NCBI GenBank assembly: GCA_050952625.1
Contig: JBMNLH010000001.1
Span: 32,001-96,000, forward strand
Source of the DNA: Bacillota bacterium
GTDB taxonomy: Bacteria > Bacillota > Ch66 > Ch109
DNA length: 64,000 nucleotides
Direction: 5' to 3'
A program made the translations under genes and the position numbers. The notes under the pieces were generated by a model. The model was not told the DNA's origin. It was given only the letters and a program-made list of their open reading frames with translations, and searched no databases. This document shows positions 1 through 9,679 of this stretch, one piece after another; position 1 is the first letter of the stretch; each line of letters begins with the position of its first letter.

Positions 1-16
1 TGCATTATCACCATCT

Positions 17-553
17 TTGTGGGAGGTTACTTGTTTACAATGCAAATCAAAATCATATTTATTTATATATACTAACATTAATGGGCAGCAGATAATTCAC
101 TTGTCTGAAACTATCAATGGAGTTTCTACTCCTAATACTCCTTATGAAGTATCTTATTATTTAGATCAAGCACATAAATCTAAAATTATTGGAGCAAATA
201 GTGCTGCAGTTGTTATGTATAGAACTGCACTTGAACATCTCTTATATAATCAGGGTTATACAAAAGGAATGTTAAATGCAAAAATAAATGAATTAGAGAA
301 TGGTATTAATAGCGGAACAGCACCAAGGTGGGCACTTAATTTAGATGTTGAAATATTAAAGATTATAAAAGACCTTGGGAATGGTGCTGCTCATACTAAT
401 AAAGGCGATATAACTAAGCAATATTTATTTGATTCTGAAATTGTAAATAAACTGGATTTGGTTTTTAAATATCTATTAGAAGAAGTTTATGAAATAGAAA
501 TAAAAAGAAATAAATTAGTAACAAAGTTAAAAGATGTGAGAAACCAAATATAG
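17..553 (+). CDS. DUF4145 (HEPN-like) domain protein, probably truncated at the window start
   Basis: ANSAAVVMYRTALEHLL...IKDLGNGAAH pattern typical of DUF4145; CxxC near the start; AT-rich island context. Confidence 0.65.
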   Translation: MWEVTCLQCKSKSYLFIYTNINGQQIIHLSETINGVSTPNTPYEVSYYLDQAHKSKIIGANSAAVVMYRTALEHLLYNQGYTKGMLNAKINELENGINSGTAPRWALNLDVEILKIIKDLGNGAAHTNKGDITKQYLFDSEIVNKLDLVFKYLLEEVYEIEIKRNKLVTKLKDVRNQI

Positions 554-705
554 TTCTCAACGTAATTTCATATTATACACAATTTATCAAAAATAATAAT
601 TAATAATGAAGATTATATATGAATGATATATAATACTATTAAGATAATAATTGGAACATAATGGTAGCATTGTGTTTTAGTATAAAGAACTTGGGGGGAG
701 AGAAT

Positions 706-1710
706 ATGGCAACAACAGTAAATAATGCATTTGAGGAGTTTATGCGGGATAAAGTTAACTTGGATCAAGAAAAAACAAAAACTGCAAGGAAAAGTAGGGA
801 CAACCTTATAGATAATATTCATAGTTTAAATTCTAATGAAGATTTTTTCAATTTGTACAATGACATTGATATTTCTTTTGGTTCATTTGGCAGAAGAACA
901 AAAATAAGGCCTTTAGATGACATTGATATTATGATTGGGATAAGTGGTGATGGTAGCACTTATTATGATTCTGGTAATGACGTTAAAATCTATGTACAAA
1001 ACGATGACTCTGCACAAAAAGGGTGTTGCAATGAAAATACTAATGTTCTTAATTCTACTAAAGTCATTAATAAGTTTATAAGTGAACTTAAGGAATTTAA
1101 AGATTATAAGAAAGCAGAAACCCATAAGAATGGAGCAGCGGCAACTCTTCAACTTAAGTCTTATGAGTGGAACTTCGATATTGTGCCTTGCTTTCTTACA
1201 AGTGAAGAATCGAATGGAAGGAATTATTATTTAATACCAGATGGAAAAGGAAACTGGCAAAAAACAGATCCACGTAAAGACAGAGATAGAGTATCAACTT
1301 TGAATCAAAAACATAATGGGCTAATGCTAGAATCTATAAGATTAGTAAAGTATTGGAACAAAAGACCTACAATGCCACTGATGTCATCTTACGTATTAGA
1401 ATGTTTATTGCTACAATACTTCGATAGTGTAGATAGCGTGAATTCCTATATTGATATTAGGTTTAGAGATATCTTATTATACATTAAAGATAACATTTGG
1501 TCTTCTATAAATGATCCAAAAGAAATCCAAGGTGACTTAAACACACTTTCTTATGACGATAAACTGAAAATTTCTAATAAAGCAAAGAGTGATTACGATA
1601 AAGCAAATGATGCAATCTCTGCAGAGGTAGACGACAAAGATCAAGAAAAAGCAATTAAAAAATGGGGCGAAATATTTGGGAGCGAATTTCCAGAGTATTG
1701 TGAGGAGTAG
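706..1710 (+). CDS. SMODS-family nucleotidyltransferase (CBASS CD-NTase)
   Basis: SFGSFGRRTKIRPLDDIDI (GS...DxD), FDIVP, YLIPDGKGNWQKTDPR, IRLVKYWN; ATG at 706 follows a GGAG RBS. Confidence 0.85.
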   Translation: MATTVNNAFEEFMRDKVNLDQEKTKTARKSRDNLIDNIHSLNSNEDFFNLYNDIDISFGSFGRRTKIRPLDDIDIMIGISGDGSTYYDSGNDVKIYVQNDDSAQKGCCNENTNVLNSTKVINKFISELKEFKDYKKAETHKNGAAATLQLKSYEWNFDIVPCFLTSEESNGRNYYLIPDGKGNWQKTDPRKDRDRVSTLNQKHNGLMLESIRLVKYWNKRPTMPLMSSYVLECLLLQYFDSVDSVNSYIDIRFRDILLYIKDNIWSSINDPKEIQGDLNTLSYDDKLKISNKAKSDYDKANDAISAEVDDKDQEKAIKKWGEIFGSEFPEYCEE

Positions 1711-1716
1711 TTAAAA

Positions 1717-2622
1717 ATGAAGAATAACAATGAAATTAACCAAAGACAGAATTCAGAAGAAATTCTATCATATTTATTTACTCAGAGAAAATTATATTCA
1801 ATAAGTAAAAAAGTAGTTATATACTTATTTGTTTTGAATTTGATATTTTATTTTTTAGGATTAAGCGATAGTATTCAAAGTAATAATCGCTTTAAAGTAA
1901 TATATGTTTTCTGGGGATTAATTTTTAGTATATTATACATTAGAGAGAGTAATAGAATAAATACTGCTGCAACAATGCAGGAACTAATAGATAGAAAACT
2001 ATATGGTTTTGATGTAAATACGCCCTTTATAAAAAACTCATACTTACACCAAGTAGTCTTAAATACTAAGGCGAAATTTCCAAAAGAATATGAACATCAA
2101 GTAAGTCATAATGGGAAAGAAGGTGGCGTTAAGGATTGGTATTCAGATGTATCAGGCCTTCCACTAGAAAAAGCAATTATACTTTGCCAAATAGAGAATT
2201 GTGAATGGGAAATTAAATTAAGAAAGCATTTCCAAATATTAAATATATTATTGTTTATATTGATGATTGCTATATATGTTATTACTTATTGGAATAATAG
2301 TTTAGAAACTTTAGTAATAAAATTATATCCTATATTAACTATAGTGGCTGATAGATTAGGATATATTTATAAAAACAGTAATAATATTAGTGGAAGTAAA
2401 AGTATAAATGATTATTTGTATCAAATATATGATGATATTGAAAGATATGATAAAGAGGATATCATAAATAATGCAAAAGAAATTCAACATTGCATATATG
2501 AAAGAAGAAAAAACTTTGCTCCTATTCCTGATGCATTCTACAATTTGCATAGAGAGAAGTACCAAAATTTCTCAAATCAGTATATTTTTGATTTAAAGAA
2601 AAAGTTACAAAATTTATCTTAG
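1717..2622 (+). CDS. SMODS-associated 4TM (S-4TM) membrane effector of a type I CBASS
   Basis: Starts INQRQN; QRKLYS; two TM pairs; AATMQELID, KDWY, ILCQIEN.W, PIPD.FY motifs; 6 bp downstream of the CD-NTase. Confidence 0.8.
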   Translation: MKNNNEINQRQNSEEILSYLFTQRKLYSISKKVVIYLFVLNLIFYFLGLSDSIQSNNRFKVIYVFWGLIFSILYIRESNRINTAATMQELIDRKLYGFDVNTPFIKNSYLHQVVLNTKAKFPKEYEHQVSHNGKEGGVKDWYSDVSGLPLEKAIILCQIENCEWEIKLRKHFQILNILLFILMIAIYVITYWNNSLETLVIKLYPILTIVADRLGYIYKNSNNISGSKSINDYLYQIYDDIERYDKEDIINNAKEIQHCIYERRKNFAPIPDAFYNLHREKYQNFSNQYIFDLKKKLQNLS

Positions 2623-2687
2623 TGTTGTTTAATACTTTTTATTAGCCAATATTATGGAAAATTGTAGATGGGGAAACAAACTCTAAT

Positions 2688-3491
2688 TTGAAGGTGATAT
2701 TGTTGAAAGCAGAAATAAAAGGGAAAATAAGTTCAACAGGTTCTAATCTTAGTGAACGATTAGAAGATAAACTTACGGGGGACTTTTTTGGTTCCTTAAG
2801 GTATATCCCCTTTAACAAAGCAACAAAAAGTATCCTATCAAAGGCGAAAATTTTAAAGGAAAACTATACTCAAATACTTGATACGGTTAATAAATTAGAT
2901 ATTGATTATTGGGATAATAATATTGAGTTTTGGCCATATGACTCTTTAGGAGAATTAGATGTACTTCTTGATTTTGAAGAAATAGTAATCGGTATCGAAG
3001 TCAAATTATATAGTGGATTATCTTCAGATGATGGAGTTGATAATTCAGTCTATGATTATGTGGCTGAGAGCAGCCATCAATTATCCAGAGAGTCAAGGAT
3101 ATTGAATAAAAAAATAATGGGTACCAAAAAATCTGCATTTTTAATATTTATTGCACCGGAGTATAACTGCTATCCTATTTGTAAAGAGGCATATGAAAGA
3201 AACATTATTGAAGATAGCGTTGTTATTGGTTATTTACCGTGGGAAGAGATACTGGCAGTTCTGGAAAATGAAGTTATTTCAGAAGAATTAACAAAATATG
3301 AAAAATTGATAATACAGGATCTTATCGAATTACTGAAAAGGAAGGGACTAGAAAGGTTTAGGAATTTTGATATTGAATGCCCAAATATTGATTCTGATCT
3401 ATATTTTGAGTTTGAAGGGAAGGAAATTATTGATATAGATTTCACTTTTAACCATAGGGTTGTAACGGAGGGGTATTATGAATTTAAGTGA
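2688..3491 (+). CDS. PD-(D/E)XK-like nuclease
   Basis: EDKLT..FFG.LRY, ELDVLL...IGIEVK and QL.RE motifs. Confidence 0.6.
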   Translation: MKVILLKAEIKGKISSTGSNLSERLEDKLTGDFFGSLRYIPFNKATKSILSKAKILKENYTQILDTVNKLDIDYWDNNIEFWPYDSLGELDVLLDFEEIVIGIEVKLYSGLSSDDGVDNSVYDYVAESSHQLSRESRILNKKIMGTKKSAFLIFIAPEYNCYPICKEAYERNIIEDSVVIGYLPWEEILAVLENEVISEELTKYEKLIIQDLIELLKRKGLERFRNFDIECPNIDSDLYFEFEGKEIIDIDFTFNHRVVTEGYYEFK

Positions 3492-4056
3492 GAATATTAA
3501 AAATGCATTTAATGTTATAGACAAGACATATGAAAATGTAGATAAATTAATGAGGTATTGTGATTCTATCGCCAATGATTGTGGCTATGAGTCTGTAACA
3601 GATAAGTTTTTAAGATATAAATCAGATTCATACTACGGTGGATGGTTTATTCGCAGTTTTATAAAGTTATATCAGTTAGAAAATGATAAAAGGTTAGAAA
3701 ATGATTGGAAAAATGGACCTATATTTGCAATGGAATTAAGTTTTGAAGATACTCCGATAGTTTACTTGTCAAAATTTGAATATGGAGATATATCCCAATG
3801 GACTAAAGGCGCAATATCACCTACATCATATTGGGTATTTTCTGAACCAATAGATTGTCAAGGAAGTAATTTTAAAGAAAAGAATTTAGATAATACGAAT
3901 GGTTATTTCATTTCTGAACCTGAAACTGAGAATATTAAGAACAAATATTGGGGAGTTAAAAGAGTAGTTTATACAACAACTGATTTATTACAGTTGGAAT
4001 CGAATAATATTTCAGATAAAGTATTTGGTGAGTTTAATATATTAAGAAACTTATAA
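3478..4056 (+). CDS. hypothetical protein, translationally coupled to the nuclease
   Basis: 192-aa ORF overlapping the upstream stop, with a GGAGG RBS. Confidence 0.6.
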   Translation: MNLSENIKNAFNVIDKTYENVDKLMRYCDSIANDCGYESVTDKFLRYKSDSYYGGWFIRSFIKLYQLENDKRLENDWKNGPIFAMELSFEDTPIVYLSKFEYGDISQWTKGAISPTSYWVFSEPIDCQGSNFKEKNLDNTNGYFISEPETENIKNKYWGVKRVVYTTTDLLQLESNNISDKVFGEFNILRNL

Positions 4057-4159
4057 AAAGATATTAATTATGAAGTCATAGTATTAGTTATGTTTTTAAA
4101 TAGTTCTTGGATATATTCAATTAGTACTTGACAAAAAAAGACTGGTTGAGGAGTGAAAG

Positions 4160-4918
4160 ATGATGTATCAGATAAACAGTAAACCTTTATTGATGGCATC
4201 TGATAAATATGTAATGTTGAGAGAGAAGTACGACTATAATTCTCCAGACTGTAAATTAGAAATTGTGAAAACAGGTAACATATATAATGTAGGAAAGTTT
4301 ATTGGAATATTTGCAAGAGAAGTACCAAATGGAAATCCTAATGGTATAAATATTAGAAGATTTGAAAGTATTGTACAAGAAGTATTTCAAGATTGCTATA
4401 TTGCATTTATCTCCAATAATCTTACAAATAATCATATAATAAATTTAAAGCAAATATCTTCAGCAATTGTATATTGGAAAATGACAAGTCAAGGTGGGCG
4501 TGCTAAATTAAAGGTGGACAATGTCTTGGCTAAGTGGAATGCTGACACGGTAAATCAGTTAATGAATGCATATGAGAAAAAGGATATGTCACTTTTCCGA
4601 ATTGGAGGAGTTAGAATACCTACAGCAACAACATTTATGCGGTTCCTGTTTCCAAATGATTTTGGAGTGATGGACTCCCGTGTAGTAGGCAATGATACAC
4701 AACCTAATGGTATAACGACTCTTAGCCTAAGAAATGATGGTTATATAAATGATACTAAGCAAAATATAATAAAGTATGAAACGGAATATATAATATTTCT
4801 AAGGGTACAGGCAGCATCCCTTAATAAGTTAGGTATAAAATTTCGAGATGTTGATGACCAGGGGGAAATATTTTTATCAACATTTCGTTCTTCCGATATC
4901 GAAATGAGTTTATTCTAA
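4160..4918 (+). CDS. hypothetical protein with helix-hairpin-helix (HhH glycosylase-like) motif
   Basis: LFRIGGVRIPTATTFMRFLFPNDFGVMDSRV resembles HhH followed by the conserved Asp. Confidence 0.45.
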   Translation: MMYQINSKPLLMASDKYVMLREKYDYNSPDCKLEIVKTGNIYNVGKFIGIFAREVPNGNPNGINIRRFESIVQEVFQDCYIAFISNNLTNNHIINLKQISSAIVYWKMTSQGGRAKLKVDNVLAKWNADTVNQLMNAYEKKDMSLFRIGGVRIPTATTFMRFLFPNDFGVMDSRVVGNDTQPNGITTLSLRNDGYINDTKQNIIKYETEYIIFLRVQAASLNKLGIKFRDVDDQGEIFLSTFRSSDIEMSLF

Positions 4919-4979
4919 ACAATAATTTTCAATAGGATAAAGTTAAAGGCTGGATATAGGTGAAAAAGGGTGTGAAACA

Positions 4980-5531
4980 ATGAAAAATAAAATTGAAGTC
5001 AGGAATATGATTGAAACGGACCAGAAGCAAATAAATACAGAAGTGAAATTTTTAAAAGATGGAGAACATACATATCGATATATGCTAAAAAAGCAATGGG
5101 GCGAAGGTGAAAAAACTGCGGCAATTATAATGTTAAATCCTAGCAAGGCAGATTCTTTAAAATTGGATCTAACGGTTATGAATGTTACGAATTATCTTGT
5201 GGATAATGGGTTTAGCGGTATGTCCATAGTTAATTTGTTTTCATATATGTCTACTAATCCTAACAATTTAAAATATAGAAATCAAGATTATGAAGGAATT
5301 AATATTGAATACATAGAGCAAGCATTTGAAGATGCATCAATAATAATCATTGCTTGGACAAGAGGTGAAAAGATAACTGAGAAGAGAAAAATTAAAGGTA
5401 TATTAAAGAAATATGAACATAAGTTGAAATGTTTTAAAGATGGTAATGAGAAAATAATGAGGCATCCGAGCAGAGGATTTAATGATAAGTGGACCTTAGT
5501 AGATTATAATTTTGATATAGAAGGGTTATAA
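4980..5531 (+). CDS. DUF1643 family protein
   Basis: YRY.L...W, IMLNPS.AD, NLFS, IIIAW and RHPS motifs. Confidence 0.8.
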   Translation: MKNKIEVRNMIETDQKQINTEVKFLKDGEHTYRYMLKKQWGEGEKTAAIIMLNPSKADSLKLDLTVMNVTNYLVDNGFSGMSIVNLFSYMSTNPNNLKYRNQDYEGINIEYIEQAFEDASIIIIAWTRGEKITEKRKIKGILKKYEHKLKCFKDGNEKIMRHPSRGFNDKWTLVDYNFDIEGL

Positions 5532-5593
5532 ATTTTCATTAATTAAATGAAGGAAAAGGAATACCTTTAGTATACGAAATGAGGAGTGAGTAA

Positions 5594-6439
5594 ATGACGC
5601 CAGAGAAAAGTCTACATTATACAATGATTAAATACTTAGATATAGAAGGTGAAACTGAACTAAGTAACTTTATTAAACACTCAAAAATAGTATATGATAG
5701 GCGTTGGGATTATTCAGGTATTGTATCAAATCAAAGAAAGATGTTCATTAATATAAAAACACCTATTGAATTTAAAAAGATTTTAGAAGGTAATCTAAAG
5801 AAGTTAGAGAAAATTTGTTTCGAGATATATGAAGATGATGATGAATATGCTGCGGTAGGTGTTTATATAAGTACATTAGCCTATAACATTACAAGTGTAG
5901 AAATTGATGAAATTGAAAATGAAATTGTGGAGGATTCAATTTATCAGAACTTTATATTGGAAATCTCAAGTATGGATATTGATCAGATTGAAAGGAAATA
6001 TTTATATGAGGCTTGTGAATGTGCTATAAGAAATAATAGATTAGCAGCGAGTACAATGCTAGGATGTGCTGCTGAATACTTATTAATAAATCTAAGCAAC
6101 GCATACTACCAGTATTTAGAGAACAATGGAACCTCTAATGAAATTGAAAATTTTAAACGCAAAGTTGTTAATGCAAAATCTGCTTATGATAGACTCGATG
6201 AATTTGAAAAAAGGATAGAATCAAATATAGGTATATTTCAAGAAGTAGGGTTTGAAAATCCGAAATTGAATTTTAACTTTTTAGATATTATACGAAAAGT
6301 AAGGAACCAATCTGGACATCCTACAGGACTAGAGGTTTCTGAAGGAGATTTAAAAATGTTTTTCGGCAATTATCAACACTTTATAAAATTGGCTCATAAA
6401 CTAATTGATGTATTACCTACATATAGTGTTGAGGGGTAG
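5594..6439 (+). CDS. HEPN-like domain protein
   Basis: C-terminal LAASTMLGCAAEYLL...IRKVRNQSGHP with an RxxxxH motif. Confidence 0.55.
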   Translation: MTPEKSLHYTMIKYLDIEGETELSNFIKHSKIVYDRRWDYSGIVSNQRKMFINIKTPIEFKKILEGNLKKLEKICFEIYEDDDEYAAVGVYISTLAYNITSVEIDEIENEIVEDSIYQNFILEISSMDIDQIERKYLYEACECAIRNNRLAASTMLGCAAEYLLINLSNAYYQYLENNGTSNEIENFKRKVVNAKSAYDRLDEFEKRIESNIGIFQEVGFENPKLNFNFLDIIRKVRNQSGHPTGLEVSEGDLKMFFGNYQHFIKLAHKLIDVLPTYSVEG

Positions 6440-6546
6440 ATGTATTTGTTCGTTGTCGACTTATAAGAAAGTCGATTCAGAATTACAAAATATGTTCACG
6501 AATAAAACCGGTATAAATATAGATTATTTATGGGAGTGGAAGAACT

Positions 6547-7668
6547 ATGGTTGAAGGGAATTCAGTACAACCTGTTAAGATTGAGTTAGAAGTATTAAAT
6601 ACACTAGATGGAAACGATGTTATTAGTCGGAAAGAAACCGAAATAGATTCTCAATTAATTGATGGGTTAATAAATTTAGTAAAGTCTAAAGATAATTTTT
6701 CTTCAATTAAGGAAGCCCCTGAAAATGTAAAAGATCTGTATGAAGTGGTTATTAAACCACATCTTCAGGAAGGAATAGATTCAGGAAATTTAGAATGGAA
6801 TGGTGTTAGTGCTCAGATACGAAACAAGAAGAATGGGGAAATAGCAGGAAATATTGAACTATCAAAACACGAATTAGAGCAGGTGGTTCCCAATAAAAGT
6901 GCAATAAGTAATGCAACCAAAGCCATATGCAGTGTTGCAGGACAAATGCAATTAGTTGAAATTACGCAAAGATTAGAACAGATATCAGAGAAGATAGATT
7001 TATTAATAGAAAATGAAAGAGATAAAACAAACGCAAGACTAACTGGCACTTTAAAGACTTTGCAGAAAGCATTAATGATTGATGACAATAGTTCCTTTAA
7101 ATTTGCTAGAATCGACAGATGTATTGATAGATTGCAGGAGTTAGTAGATTATTTTGAAATAAAAATTGATAAGGACTTAAACAAAGAAATAAAAAGGAGT
7201 ATGCTAGAGTCTATCATTGACAGTTTTAAACCTTCAAATAGGCAAGATATAAAATTTTACGATTCTATGAAGAAATGGTTGGATAATAGCAACTATTATA
7301 TTCAAGGGTATGTTTACTCTAAATGTGCATTAGCAAAATGCTATGAGGTCATCGAGGGCATTGAAGAAGGTCAGAGAGAACTTTATGAATGCAAACAAGT
7401 TTACAATGAATATCTTTTACGAATAGGTGAAAAAGTTACATATTTGCTTAAGGAGAAAGGATTATCAGTATCTGAAAGTCAAGACATTAATCAAGTTATT
7501 GATTACATAAGTAAAAGGCAAAAACATTCAAGGATAAAAATGAATCTGATTAAATTAAAGGAAAATACTGTTAAAGGTAATGATGATATTAGCAAACTTG
7601 ATACTCAAGGAACAGGTTCAATTATTTTGGAACTGCAGGATATACAAGGTCTAGATAAGGAGGATTAA
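6547..7668 (+). CDS. hypothetical helical/coiled-coil protein
   Basis: 373-aa ORF with RBS; no recognised motif. Confidence 0.7.
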   Translation: MVEGNSVQPVKIELEVLNTLDGNDVISRKETEIDSQLIDGLINLVKSKDNFSSIKEAPENVKDLYEVVIKPHLQEGIDSGNLEWNGVSAQIRNKKNGEIAGNIELSKHELEQVVPNKSAISNATKAICSVAGQMQLVEITQRLEQISEKIDLLIENERDKTNARLTGTLKTLQKALMIDDNSSFKFARIDRCIDRLQELVDYFEIKIDKDLNKEIKRSMLESIIDSFKPSNRQDIKFYDSMKKWLDNSNYYIQGYVYSKCALAKCYEVIEGIEEGQRELYECKQVYNEYLLRIGEKVTYLLKEKGLSVSESQDINQVIDYISKRQKHSRIKMNLIKLKENTVKGNDDISKLDTQGTGSIILELQDIQGLDKED

Positions 7669-7669
7669 A

Positions 7670-7969
7670 ATGCTTGAGGGATTCTGTTTAAATTGTCAGA
7701 AGAAGTCTTATTTTACCCATATAAAAAACAACACATATAAATGTAGTTTTTGCGGGATTGAATTTAAAAAGTGTAAAAACAAAAAGCACAATTGCTTAAA
7801 TATGATAAATATTAAAAATCCTTCAGGATATTGTGATGACTGTATTAATAATGGGATAAAAGTTGGTAGAGTAGGACCAATTGCTGTTCTTGGTGGCATA
7901 GGTGTCTTTGCTTGGAAAAATAAAGGCAAAATTATTAAAGTTGCATCTAAAGTTATCAAAAGAGTATAA
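7670..7969 (+). CDS. small Cys-rich (zinc-finger-like) protein with a C-terminal hydrophobic helix
   Basis: CxxC x3 plus further Cys, then PIAVLGGIGVFAW and a basic tail; AGGAGG RBS, 1 bp after the upstream stop. Confidence 0.65.
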   Translation: MLEGFCLNCQKKSYFTHIKNNTYKCSFCGIEFKKCKNKKHNCLNMINIKNPSGYCDDCINNGIKVGRVGPIAVLGGIGVFAWKNKGKIIKVASKVIKRV

Positions 7970-8056
7970 AAAATAGTAGATATAAAAAATTAATACGTTT
8001 GCTCATAAGGAGAGGGAAGAATGTATTAACTATATTAGAATGGAGGAAAACATAAT

Positions 8057-8329
8057 ATGAAAGAACAATTTGAAAGGTATCTGATAGATTGTGGATATAA
8101 GCAAATAACTCCAAGTGGTAATCCTAGCACGGTTTATGATTATATCAAAAGAATTGATAAGATTTGTGAATGGGAGAATATCTCTTGGGAACAACTGGCT
8201 ACTAATATACATATAATTCTACCGCAATATGATGTTGGAGGTAATAAAGAGGATTTGGGGAAAAAGTCACACAATGCAGTAATAAATGCTTTGAGACGTT
8301 TTTCAGATTATGTAATCCAAAACCTTTAA
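8057..8329 (+). CDS. hypothetical protein
   Basis: 90-aa ORF with a GGAGG RBS. Confidence 0.65.
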   Translation: MKEQFERYLIDCGYKQITPSGNPSTVYDYIKRIDKICEWENISWEQLATNIHIILPQYDVGGNKEDLGKKSHNAVINALRRFSDYVIQNL

Positions 8330-8835
8330 AAGTACGAAGATAAATAGAAGTCTGGAATTTTGGGAATTAAATTTAAGGCTTCTGAGACGATTCTTCTAAA
8401 GAAGTATGGACATTTTATAAATTTAAACGTATATCTGAATCTCTAATCTGGAAAGACGAATATAGCACACATTAAGTAAAATATTATATAGTATATTTAG
8501 GTCAATAAAATACCCTATATATAATGTAGGAAAAATTTTATTAATAACTAAATATATTAATTATAATTATTCAATAGATTTATTTGTTCATTGTCGACTT
8601 CCAAGAAAGTCGGTTCAAAATTACAAAGTTTGTTCACGAAAGATACCGAGCGTCAGACTGGGAAACCAGCCTGGCGTTTTTTATTTGTGCAAAAATAGAT
8701 CCACCCGCCACAAACATTCCGAAATCCAAAACCCCCTATTTCCCCGCAGCCTTGTAAAATCAATATATATAAAAATATAAATAAATATCCTCCCTATGCA
8801 TATCGCACTTACATCTCATATAATTGTTCCTATTT

Positions 8836-9052
8836 TTCCACGAGCAAACTTTGTCATTCTTCACTGCTCACGAGCAAACTCGCTTGTCATTTTCTCATTT
8901 TTTATATCTTTTTTTATATTTTTTAAGGTAATAAAACCCGAGAGCAAACTTTGTCACTACAAGGGAAGAAACAGCGAGAAGCCTTGCAACAACTACATTT
9001 CATCACGAGCAAACTTTGTCACTACGTGAGCAAACTTATTTGTAACTACACA
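8836..9052. mobile_element. Tn7/TnsB-type transposon end of the defence island
   Basis: Five GAGCAAACT sites (~8842, 8872, 8942, 9007, 9028); terminus reads TGTGTAGTTACAAATAAGTTTGCTC on the minus strand. Confidence 0.7.
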
Positions 9053-9057
9053 GATAT

Positions 9058-9511
9058 TGTTTATTTACACTCGAGTTTGTTTACAATTACAAAGTTTGCT
9101 TATCGCAAGCGCCAACCGTCAGGGGGTTCATTCCCTTTGGCGGTTTTTTGTTGTGTAAAAAAGCATATAAGAATGTATAAATTATTAAATCCGGACGCAG
9201 TTTTAATCCCTCGTAAGCCTGTATAATTCGTATGTGTAGGTGGTTTCGATATTTCCTCCCGTAGGTTATACCCTGCGTATGAATACTCATTACCTTCCAC
9301 GAGCAAACTTTGTCATTCTTCACTGCTCACGAGCAAACTCGCTTGTCATTTTCTCATTTTTTATATCTTTTTTTATATTTTTTAAGGTAATAAAACCCGA
9401 GAGCAAACTTTGTCACTACAAGGGAAGAAACAGCGAGAAGCCTTGCAACAACTACATTTCATCACGAGCAAACTTTGTAACTACGTGAGCAAACTTATTT
9501 GTAACTGAACA
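9058..9511. mobile_element. non-autonomous 454-bp Tn7-like mini-element
   Basis: Starts TGTTTATTTACACTCGAGTTTGTTTACAATTACAAAGTTTGCT and ends AACTGAACA; 9295-9511 is a near-identical copy of 8836-9052; 5 bp (GATAT) from the first end. Confidence 0.65.
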
Positions 9512-9587
9512 ATTGGTTTTAGTCAGGTTTGTATGTTATCATGGGTTATCATGTAATACTAGGCTTAATGAATTAAATAGCTTATTT

Positions 9588-9617
9588 AAAGAAAGGGAAC
9601 GCTACCCTTTCTTTTTT
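9588..9617. terminator. intrinsic terminator (bidirectional-type)
   Basis: aaagaaaggg-aacgcta-ccctttcttttttg hairpin with T-tract. Confidence 0.7.
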
Positions 9618-9679
9618 GTTTTAGAGAAAGATAACTCTAGCATAATTAAGGAAAGCCGGGAATATGGATAATTAGTAGA

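Larger units (their letters stand above)
6443..8640. repeat. 60-bp imperfect direct repeat (6443-6502 and 8581-8640)
   Basis: tatttgttcRttgtcgactt..aagaaagtcgRttcaRaattacaaa...tgttcacgaa in both copies, about 7 mismatches; internal inverted repeat tcgactt/aagtcga. Confidence 0.85.

Noticed and set aside
8796-9488. ORFs of 68-91 aa in the duplicated region
   Set aside because: They are translations of the transposon-end repeats; the near-identical peptides arise from the 217-bp duplication
8836-9511. CRISPR array suggested by recurring GAGCAAACT
   Set aside because: Repeats are short and irregularly spaced, the 'spacers' are duplicated, and no cas genes are in the window; transposase-binding sites fit better
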